Shown here one piece after another: positions 14,797-28,560 of a stretch of 64,000 bases of DNA. The translations under genes were made by a program, and so were the position numbers. Origin of the DNA: Octopus sinensis (Eukaryota); NCBI RefSeq assembly GCF_006345805.1, contig NC_043003.1, positions 104,346,001 to 104,410,000 of the forward strand. The letters are read 5' to 3'. The stretch's first letter is position 1. The number at the start of each line of letters is the position of its first letter. Under the pieces are notes generated by a model, which worked only from the letters and a program-made list of their open reading frames with translations, was not told the DNA's origin and made no database searches.

Positions 14797-15467
14797 GCAT
14801 GTAGGTATGGCTGTGTGGTAAAAAGCTTGCTTCCCAACCACATGATTCCAGGTTCAGTTCCACTCCGTGGCCCCTTGGGCAAATGTCTTCTACTATAGCC
14901 TTGGGCCAACCAAAGCCATGAGAGTGGATTTGGTATACGGAAACTGAAAGAAGCTTGTTGTGTGTGTGTGTGTATATATATCAGGTCATCCCATAAGTTC
15001 TGTCCGATTTTCCTTTTTTAAAAATTGAATGTAATTTAATAGTATTTTAGAATGTCTAATAGAATTAAAAATTATTTTTATGCATTTGTGTACATTTAAA
15101 CTAATTAAATATTATTTTACAGAATAATAGAATTAAAATTTCTTTGATTAAAACCCTTTCTAACATGGATCATGCTCAAATGGTGCCCTTTTATGTGCCA
15201 CTGACACAAAAGCCAGTTGGCTGCTCTGGCAACGATCATGCTCGGATGGTACTCTTAGCACCCTACTAGCACGGGGCACAAGTGCCAGTAAGGTGACGCT
15301 GGTAACGATCACACTCAAATGGTGCCTTCTATGTGTCACTGGCACGGAAGCAATTCTAAGCCTGATGTTAATGACTTCAGTTGTATACAAACAATAATAT
15401 AATGAATTGTGAAAGGATTATTAGCTGTGTTTGGATACCAACTTTGGAAATGAATAGATACAAAAGT

Positions 15468-15865
15468 ACAGCGCAGGAGTGGCTGTGTGGTAAGTAGCTT
15501 GCTAATCAACCACATGGTTCCGGGTTCAGTCCCACTGTGTGGCATCTTGGGCAAGTGTCTTCTGCTATAGCCTCAGGCCGACCAATGCCTTGTGAGTGGA
15601 TTTGGTAGACGGAAACTGAAAGAAGCCTGTCGGATATATGTATATATATATGTGTTTGTGTGTCTGTGTTTGTCCCCCTAGCATTGCTTGATAACCGATG
15701 CTGGTGTGTTTACGTCCCCGTCACTTAGCGGTTTGGCAAAAGAGACCGATAGAATAAGTACTGGGCTTACAAAGAATAAGTCCCGGGGTTGATTTGCTCG
15801 ACTAAAGGCGGTGCTCCAGCATGGCCGCAGTCAAATGACTGAAACAAGTAAAAGAGTAAAGAGTA
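15468..15865 (+). mobile_element. SINE family A, full length
   Basis: Close by-eye match to 47921-48327. Confidence 0.9.
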
Positions 15866-16813
15866 AGGCCAAATATATAAAAGATGTGCTGTAAGTCTTG
15901 TTTTCTTTTTCCTAACATACACATATAGGTGCAAGTACAGTTATGTGGTAAGAAGTTTGCTTCTCAAACCACAGGGTTCTGGGTTCACTCCTGCTGTGTA
16001 GCTCCTTGAGCAAGTTTCTTCTACTGTAGTCCTAGTCCAACCAAAGGCTTGTGAGCTAATTTGGTAGACAGAAACTGAAAAAATCCCGTCATCATCATCG
16101 TTTAATGTCCGTTTTCCATGCTAGCACGGGTTGGACGGTTCGACCAGGGTCTGGGAACCAGGGGGCTGTACCAGGCTCCAGTCTGATCTGGCAGTGTTTC
16201 TACAGCTGGATGCCCTTTCTAATGCCAACCAATCCATGAGTGTTGTGTGTGCTTTTTACATGCCACCGGCACAGGTGCCAGGGGAGGCTGGCAGCGGCCA
16301 TGATTGGTTGGTGCTTTTTACGTGCTACTGGCACAGAAGCCAGTCAAGGCGGCGCTGGCATCGGCCATATATTTATGTGTGTGTGTGTACATTTGTGTTT
16401 GCTCCCCACCACTACTTGACAACCAATGCTGGTTTGTTTATGTTCTTGTAACTTAACATTTCAGCATAAGAGACTGATAAACTACGTATCAGATGTAAAA
16501 AACAAAGAAGTACAGAGTTGACTTGTTTGACTACAACCCTTCAAGATAGTGCCCCAGCATGGTCGCAGCCCAATGACTGAAACAAGTAAACGATAAAAGA
16601 TATTATAACAGGTTGTGTTTGGCTTGTTAGTATTCAAGTGGTGCACACAAAATCCCTCTTGAGAATTAGTTAACAAGATTACATTTCCTGCATAATAGAT
16701 TAGAGATTTGATGTACCAAGTGTTGAATCGGTAATGATTCAGAGATGACCGTTTTCAGAGAAGTGCTAGTTATTGTTATTCAGATAAGTTTATTTATATA
16801 TGTATGTGTGTTT

Positions 16814-16978
16814 ATAGGCGCAGGAGTGGCTGTGTGGTAAGTAGCTTGTCTACCAACCACATGGTTCCGGGTTCAGTCCCACTGCATGGCACCTTGGGCA
16901 GGTGTCTTCTACTCTAGCCTCGGGCCGACCAAAGCCTTGTGAGTGGATTTGGCAGACGGAAACTGAAAGAAGCCCGTC

Positions 16979-17018
<40 letters not shown>

Positions 17019-17228
17019 TTGTGTGTCTGTGTTTGTCCCCTAGCATTGCTTGACAACCGATGCTGGTGTGTTTATGTCCCCGTTACTTAGTGGTTCGGCG
17101 AAAGAGACTGATAGAATAAATACTGGGCTTACAAAAGAATTAGTCTCGGGGTTGAGTTGCTCGATTAAAGGTGGTGCTCCAGCATGGCTGCAGTCAAATG
17201 ACTGAAACAAGTAAAGAGTAAAAGAGTG
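16814..17228 (+). mobile_element. SINE family A, full length
   Basis: Same head, microsatellite and tail organisation. Confidence 0.9.
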
Positions 17229-17381
17229 TCTGTGTGTGTACACACACACACACACGTGCGTATACTTTTCATCTCACATTGTTCTGAGATCACTTTGACA
17301 TCTGAGGTGTAGCACACTGTGCACACCTGTACAGGCAATGTGAATTTATTGGATGTGTATGTGTGTGTGTGTACACATTTA

Positions 17382-18513
17382 CACTCAGACCCACGCTAAT
17401 AGATTAGGAGTGAAATTTAGGATTTCTTAGTTTTCTGTGAATCAATTTTGATAAAACTTTTCCCCACCTGGTTTGCACGTTATTGGCAGCATCATTGTTA
17501 TGTTTTCATTATTCTGTGTAATGTCCTATCTTTTTTATTTCAGATTCTTCAGTTTTGGGGTGAACCACGCAAATAGCTTTTGAATGAAAATAGCCCATTT
17601 AGACTTTTTTTTCCAGAAAACGAAGGGGTAATAACACATTAAGCATACATTGAATATATATTTAACAGAAAACTATAATATTATAACATTTAGTGACATA
17701 ATGAATCATTTAGCCACAGGAGCGCCATTTCGACGGATAACTTCAAAAACCCTATCAGTCATGGAATCTGTCAATTCTTTAATAGTAGCAGGTTGAACTG
17801 CCTCTGCTGCGGCTTTGATGGTCACCCATAAGACATCTTTTGATGTAAATTGGCATCCAGTGGCATAAACATCTTGTTTAATGACGGACCAAAGATTTTC
17901 GATAAGGTTGAGATCCAGAGATGCTAGCAGCTACACTATCTTTCACCTTGTATGCCGTAAGATCTTAAGAATGTTTGAGTGGTCCTGACAGAGTGGGAAG
18001 GAGCATTGTCAGGCAAAAATATGAGATTCCTTAGAAGTGACAGCAGTATGTCATCTAGCCAGGAATCCAAGACATCCTTCAGGAGATTGCTGTAGGCGGC
18101 TGTGGTCACTTTAACCTCTTCAGGCACCCTGACTGGGCCAATAAGTCTGTGCCCCAATTATACCAGCCCACAGCATGACTCCTCCATCCTGTTGTTGACA
18201 TTATAAACATTGGTGACTCTCATCTCCAAAATAGACCCAACCATTTGCCCAACCATCAGGTTTGTCAAGGGTTGCCCTGGTTTCATCAGTAAACAGAACA
18301 CCACTCATGTCTAACATCATGTACTTTTGGGCCCAGTGAAGCTAAAAACTGAAGAATCTGAAATAAAAAAGAAAAGGATGTTACACAGAATAATGAAAAC
18401 ATAATAATGGTGTTGCCGTAGTGTGCAAACCAGCTGGGAAAAGTTATATCAAAATCAATTCACAGAAAACCGAGAAATTCTAAATTTCACTCCTTAACTC
18501 TTAGTTCTGGGTG
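17382..18513 (-). mobile_element. Tc1-like (DD34E) transposon with about 170-bp TIRs, internally deleted
   Basis: 17382-~17557 is an inverted repeat of ~18344-18513, with TA on both sides. Remnant motifs VLFTDETR, DNAPSH and DLNLIENLW. The N-terminal DNA-binding region is missing. Confidence 0.87.
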
Positions 18514-18619
18514 TATATATACACACATATACATGTACACACACACACTAGGGATAGATGGTCACAGAAATGCAAACCAGTTTAGAAAAGGAAATTATGG
18601 AAGCTCAAAGATCCATCAA

Positions 18620-20317
18620 ACAGTCAGAGATTTAGAGAAATTCTGATGAAAGCATTTGATGAGAAAGAGGAGGTTGTGACATATAACATAGAGGACAACT
18701 GGAAGTTCTTACAGGACAACCTTCTGAAGGCTACAGACTGAATGTGTGGCTAGGGTAAAGTCTCTGCCAGATCGAGAGTGACTGGGTGTTGGAACAGTGA
18801 GGTAGATAGGAACATAAAAGTGAAGAGGCAGGCTTGGAGAGACTGGATGCAGCAAAGAGCTATATAAGGTAGCCAAGAGGGAAGCTAGGTGACAGATTTA
18901 TCTAGCAAGGTCAGAAGCAGAAAAGAATAGGTTTGCCAGTGTCTTACAGCATGAACATTAGAGACTTGAGGTGTTCTGGGTTGCTCAACAGTGTCAGAGA
19001 CAATCAAGATGTTGTGGGAGAGAAGTGTGTATGGAAGGACAATTGCAGGCTTGCACTCAGTCACATTGAAAAGAAAGGCCTGGAAGTGCTGCTATGGAAG
19101 GCTATTAAGTGTGAAGAATGAATGGGAGAAAGAGAGCCTATGGGAACCCAACAGAAGTTGAGTTGACAACAGCATGATAGATAATACAATTAAGGATATG
19201 AAGACAGGGAAAGCCCATGGTCCATTGGGAGTTACCAGTGAGTTGCTTAATATGTCTGGTGCAATAGTATATGGTTTGGTTACCTGTATAGTTAATCAGG
19301 TAATTCAAGAAAGTGTCATCCCCAATGACAGGTGTGGCAGCATTATAGTCAGCTACTACAAGGCCTTAAGATAGGATAAATTACAGACATCAGATTGCTG
19401 ACCAGGTCATAAAAGTTATTGCCTAATTAATTAGGAACAGAATCAGATTAGACGAAATGCAGTTTGGCTTTGTGCCAGGGAGAATCACTACTGACATTTT
19501 CTTTATAGTCAGACAGCTGCAGGTAAAGTATCTGATTAAAAATAAACCAATGTACCCGGCATTTGTTGACTTGGAGAAAGCCTTCAAGAAATTACTCTGC
19601 TCTGTATTATGGTAGGCTCTGAAGAAGCTTGAGGTAGACAAGTCGCTTGCGAAAGCTGTGCATACCATGTACAGAAGCTCTGTTAGTAAGGTGAGAGTTA
19701 ACCACAAGTATAATGATGAATTTAGTGTACAGGTAGGCATTCATCAGTGTTTAGTTCTCAGTCCCCTCCTATTCATCATTGTTCTCCAGGCAAAAATAGA
19801 GAAATTCAAGACTAGCTGGGAATTGCTATTTGCTGATGATCTTGTAGCAGATTCTGTATCAGAACTAGAAAAGAAGCAAAACCTGGAATTAAAGGGCTTA
19901 AAGTTAACTTAAAGACTAAGGTTCTAGTAAATAAGAAAACAGACAGGGCCCTACACCCTTCAAGTAATTGGCTCTGTTCAATTTGTAGAAAAGGTGTAGG
20001 CAGAAATTCCATATGGTATACTTAGTGCAAGCTATGGACACACAAGAGGTGCAGTGGTATCATAGGAAGGTTAACAGAAAATAGTGTTTGCATATAGAAG
20101 ATGCACAGGAGCCATAAAGTCTACAGCTACATGGAAAGTAGATTTTCTCAAATACCCTGGTGGTTCTCTAGAAGGAGTGGATACTGAGAGTGTAATTTAG
20201 AATAAGGATAGGATGGAGAAAATTCAGAGAGCTTTAACCTCAGTTAGCAACCAGAGCTTTCTCTCTCTCTCTCCCTCTCTCTCCAAGTGAAAGAAACCTG
20301 CACAGATGAGTTGTTTA
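18620..20317 (+). mobile_element. Degenerate RTE-clade LINE (reverse transcriptase region), ending at the mariner insertion
   Basis: Frames with MKTGKAHGPLG, EMQFGFVPGR...FVDLEKAF, VLSPLLFIIVL, WELLFADDLV and WRKFREL, broken by many stops and frameshifts. Confidence 0.9.
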
Positions 20318-20319
20318 TA

Positions 20320-21611
20320 CGAGGGATGTTCAATAAGTAATGCCTCTGACCCACTTGCAGTTGTTTGATCTAGCTGAAATTTTGCATGTGCAATCATTTA
20401 TATCTCTATAGAGTAAGTGGCAAATTACAGCTCTGAATTAATTGTGGTTTCTGATTTACAGGTGTTTGAACCGAGTCAAGTGTGAAATGGAGCCTGTTAA
20501 GTGTCGAGCAGTGATCCGGTTTTTGTATTTGAAAGGACGCACACCACGGGAGACTTTTGATGAAATGAAAGTAACTTATGGTGATGATGCCCCATCATAT
20601 GACCTTGTAAAACGCTGGCATCATGAATTCAAACATGGTCGGAACTCTGTGGAAACAGCTCCCAGATCTGGTTGCCCCCTTTTGCCATTGATGAGGCATC
20701 TGTCCGTCAAGTTGAGGCTGCCATTTTGGAAGATCGACGCATAACTATTCGCCAAATAGCCCATGAGGTCAAGATTAGTACCAGGTCTGTGGAAACTATC
20801 ATTCATGACCATTTGCATATGCAAAAGGTGTCTGCCAGATGGATTCCCAGGTTGCTCACGTCTTTCCAGAAGCAAGAATGCGTCGAGTGCTCGAGGGTGA
20901 ATTTGGAGATGTGCCAAGAAGATGAGTCAAAATTTTTCAAAAGACTGATTACACAGGATGAAACCTGGGTCCATCACTATGATCCAGAGACCAAAGCCCA
21001 GTCAATGCAGTGGAAGCACCGTGACTCACCCCCTCCAAAGAAGGCAAGGGTGCAGCCCTCCGCTGGCAAGGTCATGCTCACAGTCTTCTGGGACCAGGAC
21101 GGAGTAGTGATGACAGATTTCCTGGCAAAGGGTACCACAATTGCAGGAGCCTATTATGCTTCACTTTTGAGGAAATTAAGAGAAGTTATCAAAATCAAGA
21201 GGCGGGGCAAGATCAGCAAAGGCATCCTCCTCCTGCAGGACAACGCTCTGGTCCACAACTCGCTTGTCGCCAAATCAGAAGCACAGGCGTATGGCTATGA
21301 ACTCCTCCCCCATCCCCCCTACTTTCCTGACCTTGCACCCTCTGATTTTTACCTCTTCCCAGTCATGAAGTTGTTTTTGAAAGGAAAGCGTTTCCCAGAT
21401 GATGCAGCCTTGATTTCTGAAGTCACGTTCAGGTTTGAGGACCAAGCTGGGGTCTTCTACAAAAACGGTCTCCAGAGCTGCATCAAACAATGGGAGAAAT
21501 GCGTAACTCTGGGTGGTTCCTATGTAGAAAAAGACTAATAACTGTGCCAAGTTTCGTTGCTCTACTGTTATGGGAAGTGGGTCAGGGGCATTACTTATTG
21601 AACGCCCCTCG
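20320..21611 (+). mobile_element. Full-length mariner transposon (1292 bp, DD34D)
   Basis: TA target duplication at 20318-19 and 21612-13. About 37-bp TIRs CGAGGG(AT/GC)GTTCAATAAGTAATGCC(T/C)CTGACCCACTT. Confidence 0.96.
20487..21538 (+). pseudogene. Mariner transposase, about 350 aa, with one -1 frameshift near 20675
   Basis: MEPVKCRAVIRFL...HTH in one frame, continuing as FAIDEA...WIPRLL...TQDETWVHHY...QDNA...YFPDLAPSDFYLF in another. 34 residues lie between the second and third Asp. Confidence 0.93.
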
Positions 21612-24600
21612 TAGTTATCAAATGTTTGTGCTGCACTTACGCTCATTCCCTCCATCAAATTGACGTTGCCTGTACTGGTGCATTGTGTGTTGCACCTCAG
21701 ATGTCAGAGTGATCACAGAACAATGTGAGATGACATGTTTTGCTCAAAAACAAAATGTACTGCTTGGTCTGGGAATTGAACCCAATATCTCATGATCATG
21801 AGTGCAACATGCTAACCACTAGGATATGTGCCCTCTCTAGGATAATTGACTTTTCAGTCACAGGTATTTATCAATCAGTTATTGGTCTTAATTGACTAAA
21901 GGAAAGAAGAAGATATGGGAACTGTGATATATCAACCTTTTCTTTTAACATTAAAAATGTAAGTCAAGTGAATATGCTGAAGTTAAGAATTGAAACCTTG
22001 TTCATGTTGATTAGAGAATTAAAAAAAAAAATATTGCTATCCTCTGAGAAATATGGTAAGTGCTAATTCAGCAATATACAAGCTTGTTATGGAAATGGGA
22101 AGTTATTAAAACCAAAGCATCGAAAGCAATCATTGATAAAGGTTTATGGGTAATCTTCTCAGTTTTCCTGAAAAAATTCCAATCGTATGTATTGTCCTAT
22201 GGCAAATTAGAACTGAATCATGTCTGTAATATATAAAAAATGAAAAAAAAAATGATAGTTAATCTGAAACACACTGATCATGGAATGCTTTCCATCTGCC
22301 ATTATTGATCTCTTAGATTTATTTCCTATCTTACCATAGGTAGTCTGTTCACCTTTGCACTATCTTCAACAACAGTTGTTGTTGACCTATATATATATAT
22401 ATATATAAATAAGCAATTAAATTTTAACTATTTTAAGTTGTTGAGATACTATATAATACTATATGATAGTACTGTAGTACTACATGATAAGACTTTCCCT
22501 GTTTCATTATCAATGGTCTGCTAGTGGGTGACCCCCTTAATTATCAGCTAACATCTTGTTTTAAGTTTTCCTTTACCAAACCTCATGATTTTGCTTCTAA
22601 TAAATCTTGATTTTTTATGACTATACCAACTATGATGTTTGTCTGCTCCCTCAGCCCTACCCCTAACAGATACTGCCCTCTGTTCTCTCAGCCTTAGATA
22701 TACAAGGGATTTGATAAACTAGCCTACAAATTAAAACTGACCCCATAAAAACAAAAAATCAGTGACAGGCAGAGCCTGTAATAATGTATATCTTGAAAAT
22801 TCAGTAATTTCTAAACTGGAGTGAGACAGCATGTTCTTTGTCTATCTCCTTAACTTCTTGGAGATACATCCAAAACAGTTGCATCCATTTTAGGATCTTC
22901 GACTCACGAAAGAGCCCCTGCAATAGCAAGATTGCAAGGTCATCTACCTGATGAACAAAGAATATTGCTAAGAAATAATGAGGATGTATATATGGCTGTC
23001 AATGAATGACATCAGAACAACATCGACAGAGTTCTTTCCATTGTGTATCAATGATGACTTTGCAGAAACATTGCTTTATGCTGAAGTAGCCATGTGTATT
23101 TCACTTGCAACAGTAGTAACAAAGAATAAGCAAAAAAGAAAGCGAGGAAAAAGTTGAAGGTCATTTGAACGTTTTCAAAGAAGAAACACTTGGCCACGTT
23201 TGTGTTGTCACACCAAAGGCAGGAGGACTGAATTATTTAAGAATCTTATTGCATGAAGTTCAAAATAGTATTTTTTCTTTTCCCGCCATGCATCGACATT
23301 TTCAACTTGGGGTGGTTGTAACCCAGCGAGTCGTGGCAGATATGTCTGGTATATTATATGTATGTAAATACCTAGGTGTAGGCATGGGGTGTTATTGAGA
23401 AATTTACTTCATAACCACATGGTTTTGGTTTCAGTCCCACTGCATAGCACCTTTGGGCAAGTGTCTACTACTGTAGCACCAGGCCAACCAAAGCCTTGTG
23501 AACAAATTTGGAAGACAGAAACTGAAAAAAGCCTGTTGTATCTGTCAGTGTATGTATATTTGTCTCCTGTCATGACAGTGCATGCTAGTTGTAAATGCAT
23601 GTCAGTGTCCTAGGGGTAGTATCATTAATTTCTAGTATTCTGCAAAAAACATGTCTGGAGGCATGGCTGTGTTGTAAGAAGCTTGCTTCTCAATCAGATG
23701 ATTTAGGGTTCAGTCCCACTGCATGGCACCTTGGGCTAGTGTCTTCTGTTATGCCCTTGGGCTGACCAAAGCCTTGTAAGTAGAGTTGGTAAATAGAAAT
23801 TGAAAGAAGTCCATTGGATGTGTGTGTGTGTGTGTCTTTGTGTCTGTTTGTCACCACCACCACCACCACCACTACTGACAACCAGTGCTGGTGTGTTTAC
23901 ATTCCCCTAACTTAACAGTTTGTTAAATGAGACTGATAGAATATGTACCAGGCTTTATAAAAATTAAGTACTGGGGCTGATACAGTCACTTAAAAAAAAT
24001 TCTTCCAAGATAGTGATCCAGCATGGCCACAGTCTAATGACTGAAACAAGTAAAAGATAAAAAATATGAGGGAATATTACTTTGCATGGAAACAGGTGAA
24101 TGTTGGTGACAGGGAGAGCATTTGGCCATAGAAAATCTGCCTCACTTAATTTTGTCTGATCCAATCCATGCAAGCATTAAAAGCGAACATGAAAATGATG
24201 ATTATGGTAATGATCAACTCACTATTATCAAAACTGCCATTTGTCCCACAATTCTCAGCTTCTTATTTATTTATTTACTGCTTCTGTAGCTTGTCTTTCA
24301 AAATGATATTGATCTCGATGAACACACATGCATAAACACAGACACACACATATCCATGTATGTGGATATCCATCTATTTGTATACATTTTGTTACATCTA
24401 ACCAATGCATTCATATATACATAAATGCAAAAAAAATGGGACAGAATAAAAAAGAATTCACTCACAACATAATTCAATTCTCCAGAGAAAATTTTGTATA
24501 TATGTCTGAAGTATATTGAATTTATTATTTCAGTCTTTCAGTAATAATTGAAATCCTGTCTAAAGTATATTGAGATAATTTTTCTTTTTCATTTCTGTCC

Positions 24601-24666
24601 ATCAGTCTTATTGAAATTCGTGTCCTCATTTTTCTTTCTTTTTTTTTGGGATTTCTTTTCTTTCAG

Positions 24667-24833
24667 TGAATGAAGATATTTGTATAGTGGAACGGCTGTT
24701 CTCCAGCAGCTTAGTTGCCATTGTCAGCTTACAGTCTCCACGGAAACTGAAAGTATGTCACTTCAAAAAAAGTGCAGAAATTTGCAATTACAGTTATTCC
24801 AGCTCTATTTTGGCAGTTTGCCTAAACCGGCAT
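24667..24833 (+). CDS. WIPI2: WIPI2 coding exon ([56 protein letters not shown])
   Basis: tttcag| acceptor, cat|gtaagt donor. Joins the previous exon in frame (G+TG) across a 21.3-kb intron. Very close to WIPI1/2 blades 1-2. Confidence 0.97.
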
Positions 24834-26552
24834 GTAAGTATGGCATTAGTCGCTTGTTGATTTCCATGTTTCCTGATGAAAGGCTGTCGATCTATTTATT
24901 GGGATTGGCATTCTGCACCTAGTCATACTTGCGTAGGTAAGCTGCATGGTTAACAAGTTCATTTTCCAGCCGACCCTAAACCACTGAGTGGCTCTTTGGG
25001 CAGGTGTCTTCTACTGTAGTCCTGATTAAACCAAAGCCATATGAGTGGATTTGGTGAACAGAGATTGAAAGAAGCCCATTTCATGGTAAAAAAAGTTTGT
25101 TTCCTAACTACAGGATTTGGGGTTCAGTCTCTCTGTGTGGTACCTCAGGCAAATGCCTTTTGTAAAACTGAGCTTACCAAATAAAGCCTTGAGAATGAAT
25201 TTGGTAGCTGGAACTTGAGAGAAGCTTATTGTGTAAATATATCTATACACACACGTTTTTGTGTGTGTGTGTTCGTGCTTGTGCTTCTTTAGTTTAATAT
25301 TGTGTGAAAGCTGGAGACAGGAATCACCAGCATACAAGTGGTGTCGTTTGTTTGGCCATGGGAAAATATTTCTTTGCTTGGAAACAAGTGCAGGTTGGTA
25401 AAAAGAAGTGCGTCTGGCCACAGAAAATCTACCTCAACAGATTCCATTTGACCCATGCAAGCATGGAAAAGTGGTCATGAAAACAGCGACGATATGCATG
25501 TGTGTGTGTGTGTGTGTGTATGTGTTTACGTTTGCTCTCCCTGAAAGTTGTAAGTCGTTAGCAGTGTTGTTACCAGTTCTCTTCTCAATAAATCACCTGC
25601 TTCCTTCACACCTTCAAAGATATGTGAAATAAAAGATCCTTTACTTGAAAAACTGATAAGGGTCAAATCATAACAGGAAGGGCATCCACCTATAAAACAA
25701 TACCTTAGTAATATATTCATCTGACCCATGCAAGCATAGAAAAATAGGCGTAAAAACAGTTGATAAAAATATAACAATTGTTCAGTTGCGAAATATTATT
25801 ATTAAGGGCACTGGAATGGTAGAATCAGTAGAGTGTCGGACAAAATACCTTGTGATAATATTTAGCTACATCTCTTTTTACATTCTAACTTCAAATCCTG
25901 TTGAGACTGAGTTTACATTTCACCCTCCTGGGATTAAAATAAATATCAGTCGAGTATTGTGGGCATCTTGGGGAGAGGATTAAGTCAATTACATTGACCC
26001 CAGTGCATAACTGATACTTATTTAATCGACCCCGAAAAGATGAAAGGCAAAGTCGATCTTGGCAGAATTTGAATTCAGAACATAATGGCAGACAAAATAC
26101 CACTAAGCATTTCGCCCGGCATGCTAATGATTCTGCCAGCTCACCGCCTCAGGGTTCGATATAATTGACTGTCCCCTCCACCAAATATTTCAGTCCCGTG
26201 CCAGTGTTAGAAGTCATTAATATTAAGGCACTAAGTTGGCGGAATCGTTAATGCTTCAAGCAAAAATGCTTAAAGACATTTCTTTTGGCTCTTATGTTCT
26301 GAGTTCAATTCCCATGGAGGCCAACTTTACCTTTCATTCTTTTGGGGGTTGATAAAATAAAGTACCAGTCAAGTACTGGGATCAATGCAATCAACTAACT
26401 CCCTCCCGCTAAAATTGCTGGTTGTGTGCCAAAATTTCAAACCATTATTATTATCATTGCTATTTGCAGGGTCTTGCTTGATTCAAACTTGAACATATGA
26501 ACAGAATAGATGTATGGCTCAGTGGGCTAGAAATTAAAGGTTGTTCTTGCAG

Positions 26553-26599
<47 letters not shown>

Positions 26600-27436
26600 T
26601 GTGTGTGTGTGTGTCAAGAAATAAGGTATGGAAGGAAATGTTGCAGGCAATAGATCCATGTTCTAGAGGAGATATGTTTCATTTGCTTTATGGCTTCAAG
26701 TTAGAATTAAGCACTGGTCTTTATGCTCTATTTATGGGCTGTTTCCAGCTTTCACACAATATTAAACTAAAGAAGCACAAGCATGAACACACACACATTT
26801 ACTTATTCCATTACATTAAGGGCTGTTTTTGGTATATGTAATCGGATCAGATGTAGCTTTCATTGGCAATTTAGTTTCCTGTCTTTTTTGTTTTCAGTGA
26901 TAATGTAATTATGAAGAGACATAGAGCTGATGAAATTGTAGAACTGTTAGTACATAAATGATAGGTGTACTAGTATCATATCACTGGCATGGCTGTATGG
27001 TTGTTTGCTTCCCAACCATATAATCTTGGGTTTAGTCCCATATGGCACATTGTGCAAATGTCTTCTACTATAGTCCTGAGCCAACTAAAGCTTTGTGAGT
27101 AGATTTGGTTGACAGAAATTGAAATACTTCTGTCTTGTGTGTTTGTGTTCACCCTTGTCTTCACATCACATGATGGTTGCAAATGATCATTGCTTTCTTA
27201 TAAACAATGACTTTGTTTCTAGTCTTCCGTAAAAATTATGTGGAGAACATTACCTCGTTAGGAAACAGGTGAGGGTTGACAACAAGCAGGCTGTCCTTCC
27301 ATAGAAAATCTGTCTCAACAAATTTCAAGCAATTCATGCAAGCATGGAAAAGTGGACATTAAATTATATTAATGTTTAATTAGTACTTTGTAAATGTTTG
27401 ATGTATGCTTTGTATAGGAAGTTACTTGGATATTTA

Positions 27437-27947
27437 AAACTGTATACAGCTATGGTACGACCACACCTGGAATTCGCATCATCAGTTTGGAACCCCTATC
27501 TTGCTCAGAACATTGACCTCCTAGAATCTGTCCAGAGACGTGCAACCAAACGCATACCCTCCATCAGACACCTACCATATTCTGAGCGCCTTGTTTCCCT
27601 GGGCATGGATTCACTGAAGCTCCGGCGTCTGGCGACGGACTTGGTAGACACCCACAAAGTTATCAACCACCTCACCAACAACAACACTGAACACCTTTTT
27701 GATCTCCATGTGTCTAACACATGTGGACATGCCTACAAAGTCAGAAAACAACACAGCTCCCATGACTTTCGGAAACATTTTTTCACGCTCAGAGTTGCTG
27801 AAGCATGGAATAAACTGCCCGCGTCAGTTTTTGACTGCCCTGACACTGCATCCTTTAAGGCCCTCATGCTTTCCGAAATCCGCCGAAACTACACCTGATT
27901 ATATATACACTTTAGATGAGTTGTAGTGCACCTGAGCACTGTACACA

Positions 27948-27978
<31 letters not shown>
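27437..27978 (+). mobile_element. CR1-clade LINE, 5'-truncated, with (ATT)n tail
   Basis: Open frame LYTAMVRPHLEFASSVWNPY...LESVQRRATK...GH...FFTLRVAEAWNKLP, stop at 27898, short UTR, then the microsatellite tail. Confidence 0.92.
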
Positions 27979-27980
<2 letters not shown>

Positions 27981-28362
27981 AGCCTCTTCTACATGGAAAG
28001 AGTATAATCAACAAATTGGAATTAACAAATGAACCAAAGTATAAGCTCTATGAGGTAGCTTACAGAAGTGTCTTAATTGTAGCAAAGAATCTTAAGAACC
28101 ATGCTGGGAAAGATGTGGATGTCAAGCATCTCCATACACAACTGTTGCACATAGAAGTGAAATTAAAGGTGTAGAGGCTAAACAGGTCACAAGTCTTGCG
28201 TTTTGATAATTTTATGAATGAATTTGTCCTTTGTAGCACATAGTTATGAAAAGAGCCAACCAATGGGGGACACTTATCTGTCAGGTAGGATTGAATCAGA
28301 TCGATTTTGACTGGAGTAGAACAAATGAAGAAAAAAAAGAAAACTAACAAATTTTATCTTTC

Positions 28363-28467
28363 ATATTGCTTCGACAATACATGTACTAAAATTGGAACGA
28401 TACAGAGGAGATTAGCATGGCCCCTGCGCCAGGATGACACGCAAATTCGTGAAGCGTTCCATATTTT
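28363..28467 (+). ncRNA. U6 snRNA copy, full length, probably a retro-pseudogene
   Basis: TACTAAAATTGGAACGATACAGAGGAGATTAGCATGGCCCCTGCGCCAGGATGACACGCAAATTCGTGAAGCGTTCCATATTTT is nearly identical to U6. Substitutions: ACAGAGA box reads ACAGAGG, ISL GCGCA reads GCGCC, 5' hairpin TTCGG reads TTCGA. No TATA box near -30. Confidence 0.93.
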
Positions 28468-28468
28468 C

Positions 28469-28560
28469 ATAGGCGCAGGAGTGGCTGTGTGGTAAGTAGC
28501 TTGCTTACCAACCACATGGTTCCGGGTTCAGTCCCACTGCGTGGCACCTTGGGCAAGTGT
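28469..28560 (+). mobile_element. SINE family A head only, abutting the U6 copy
   Basis: ATAGGCGCAGGAGTGGCTGTGTGGTAAG...GGGCAAGTGTCT, then an abrupt switch to unrelated sequence. Confidence 0.9.
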
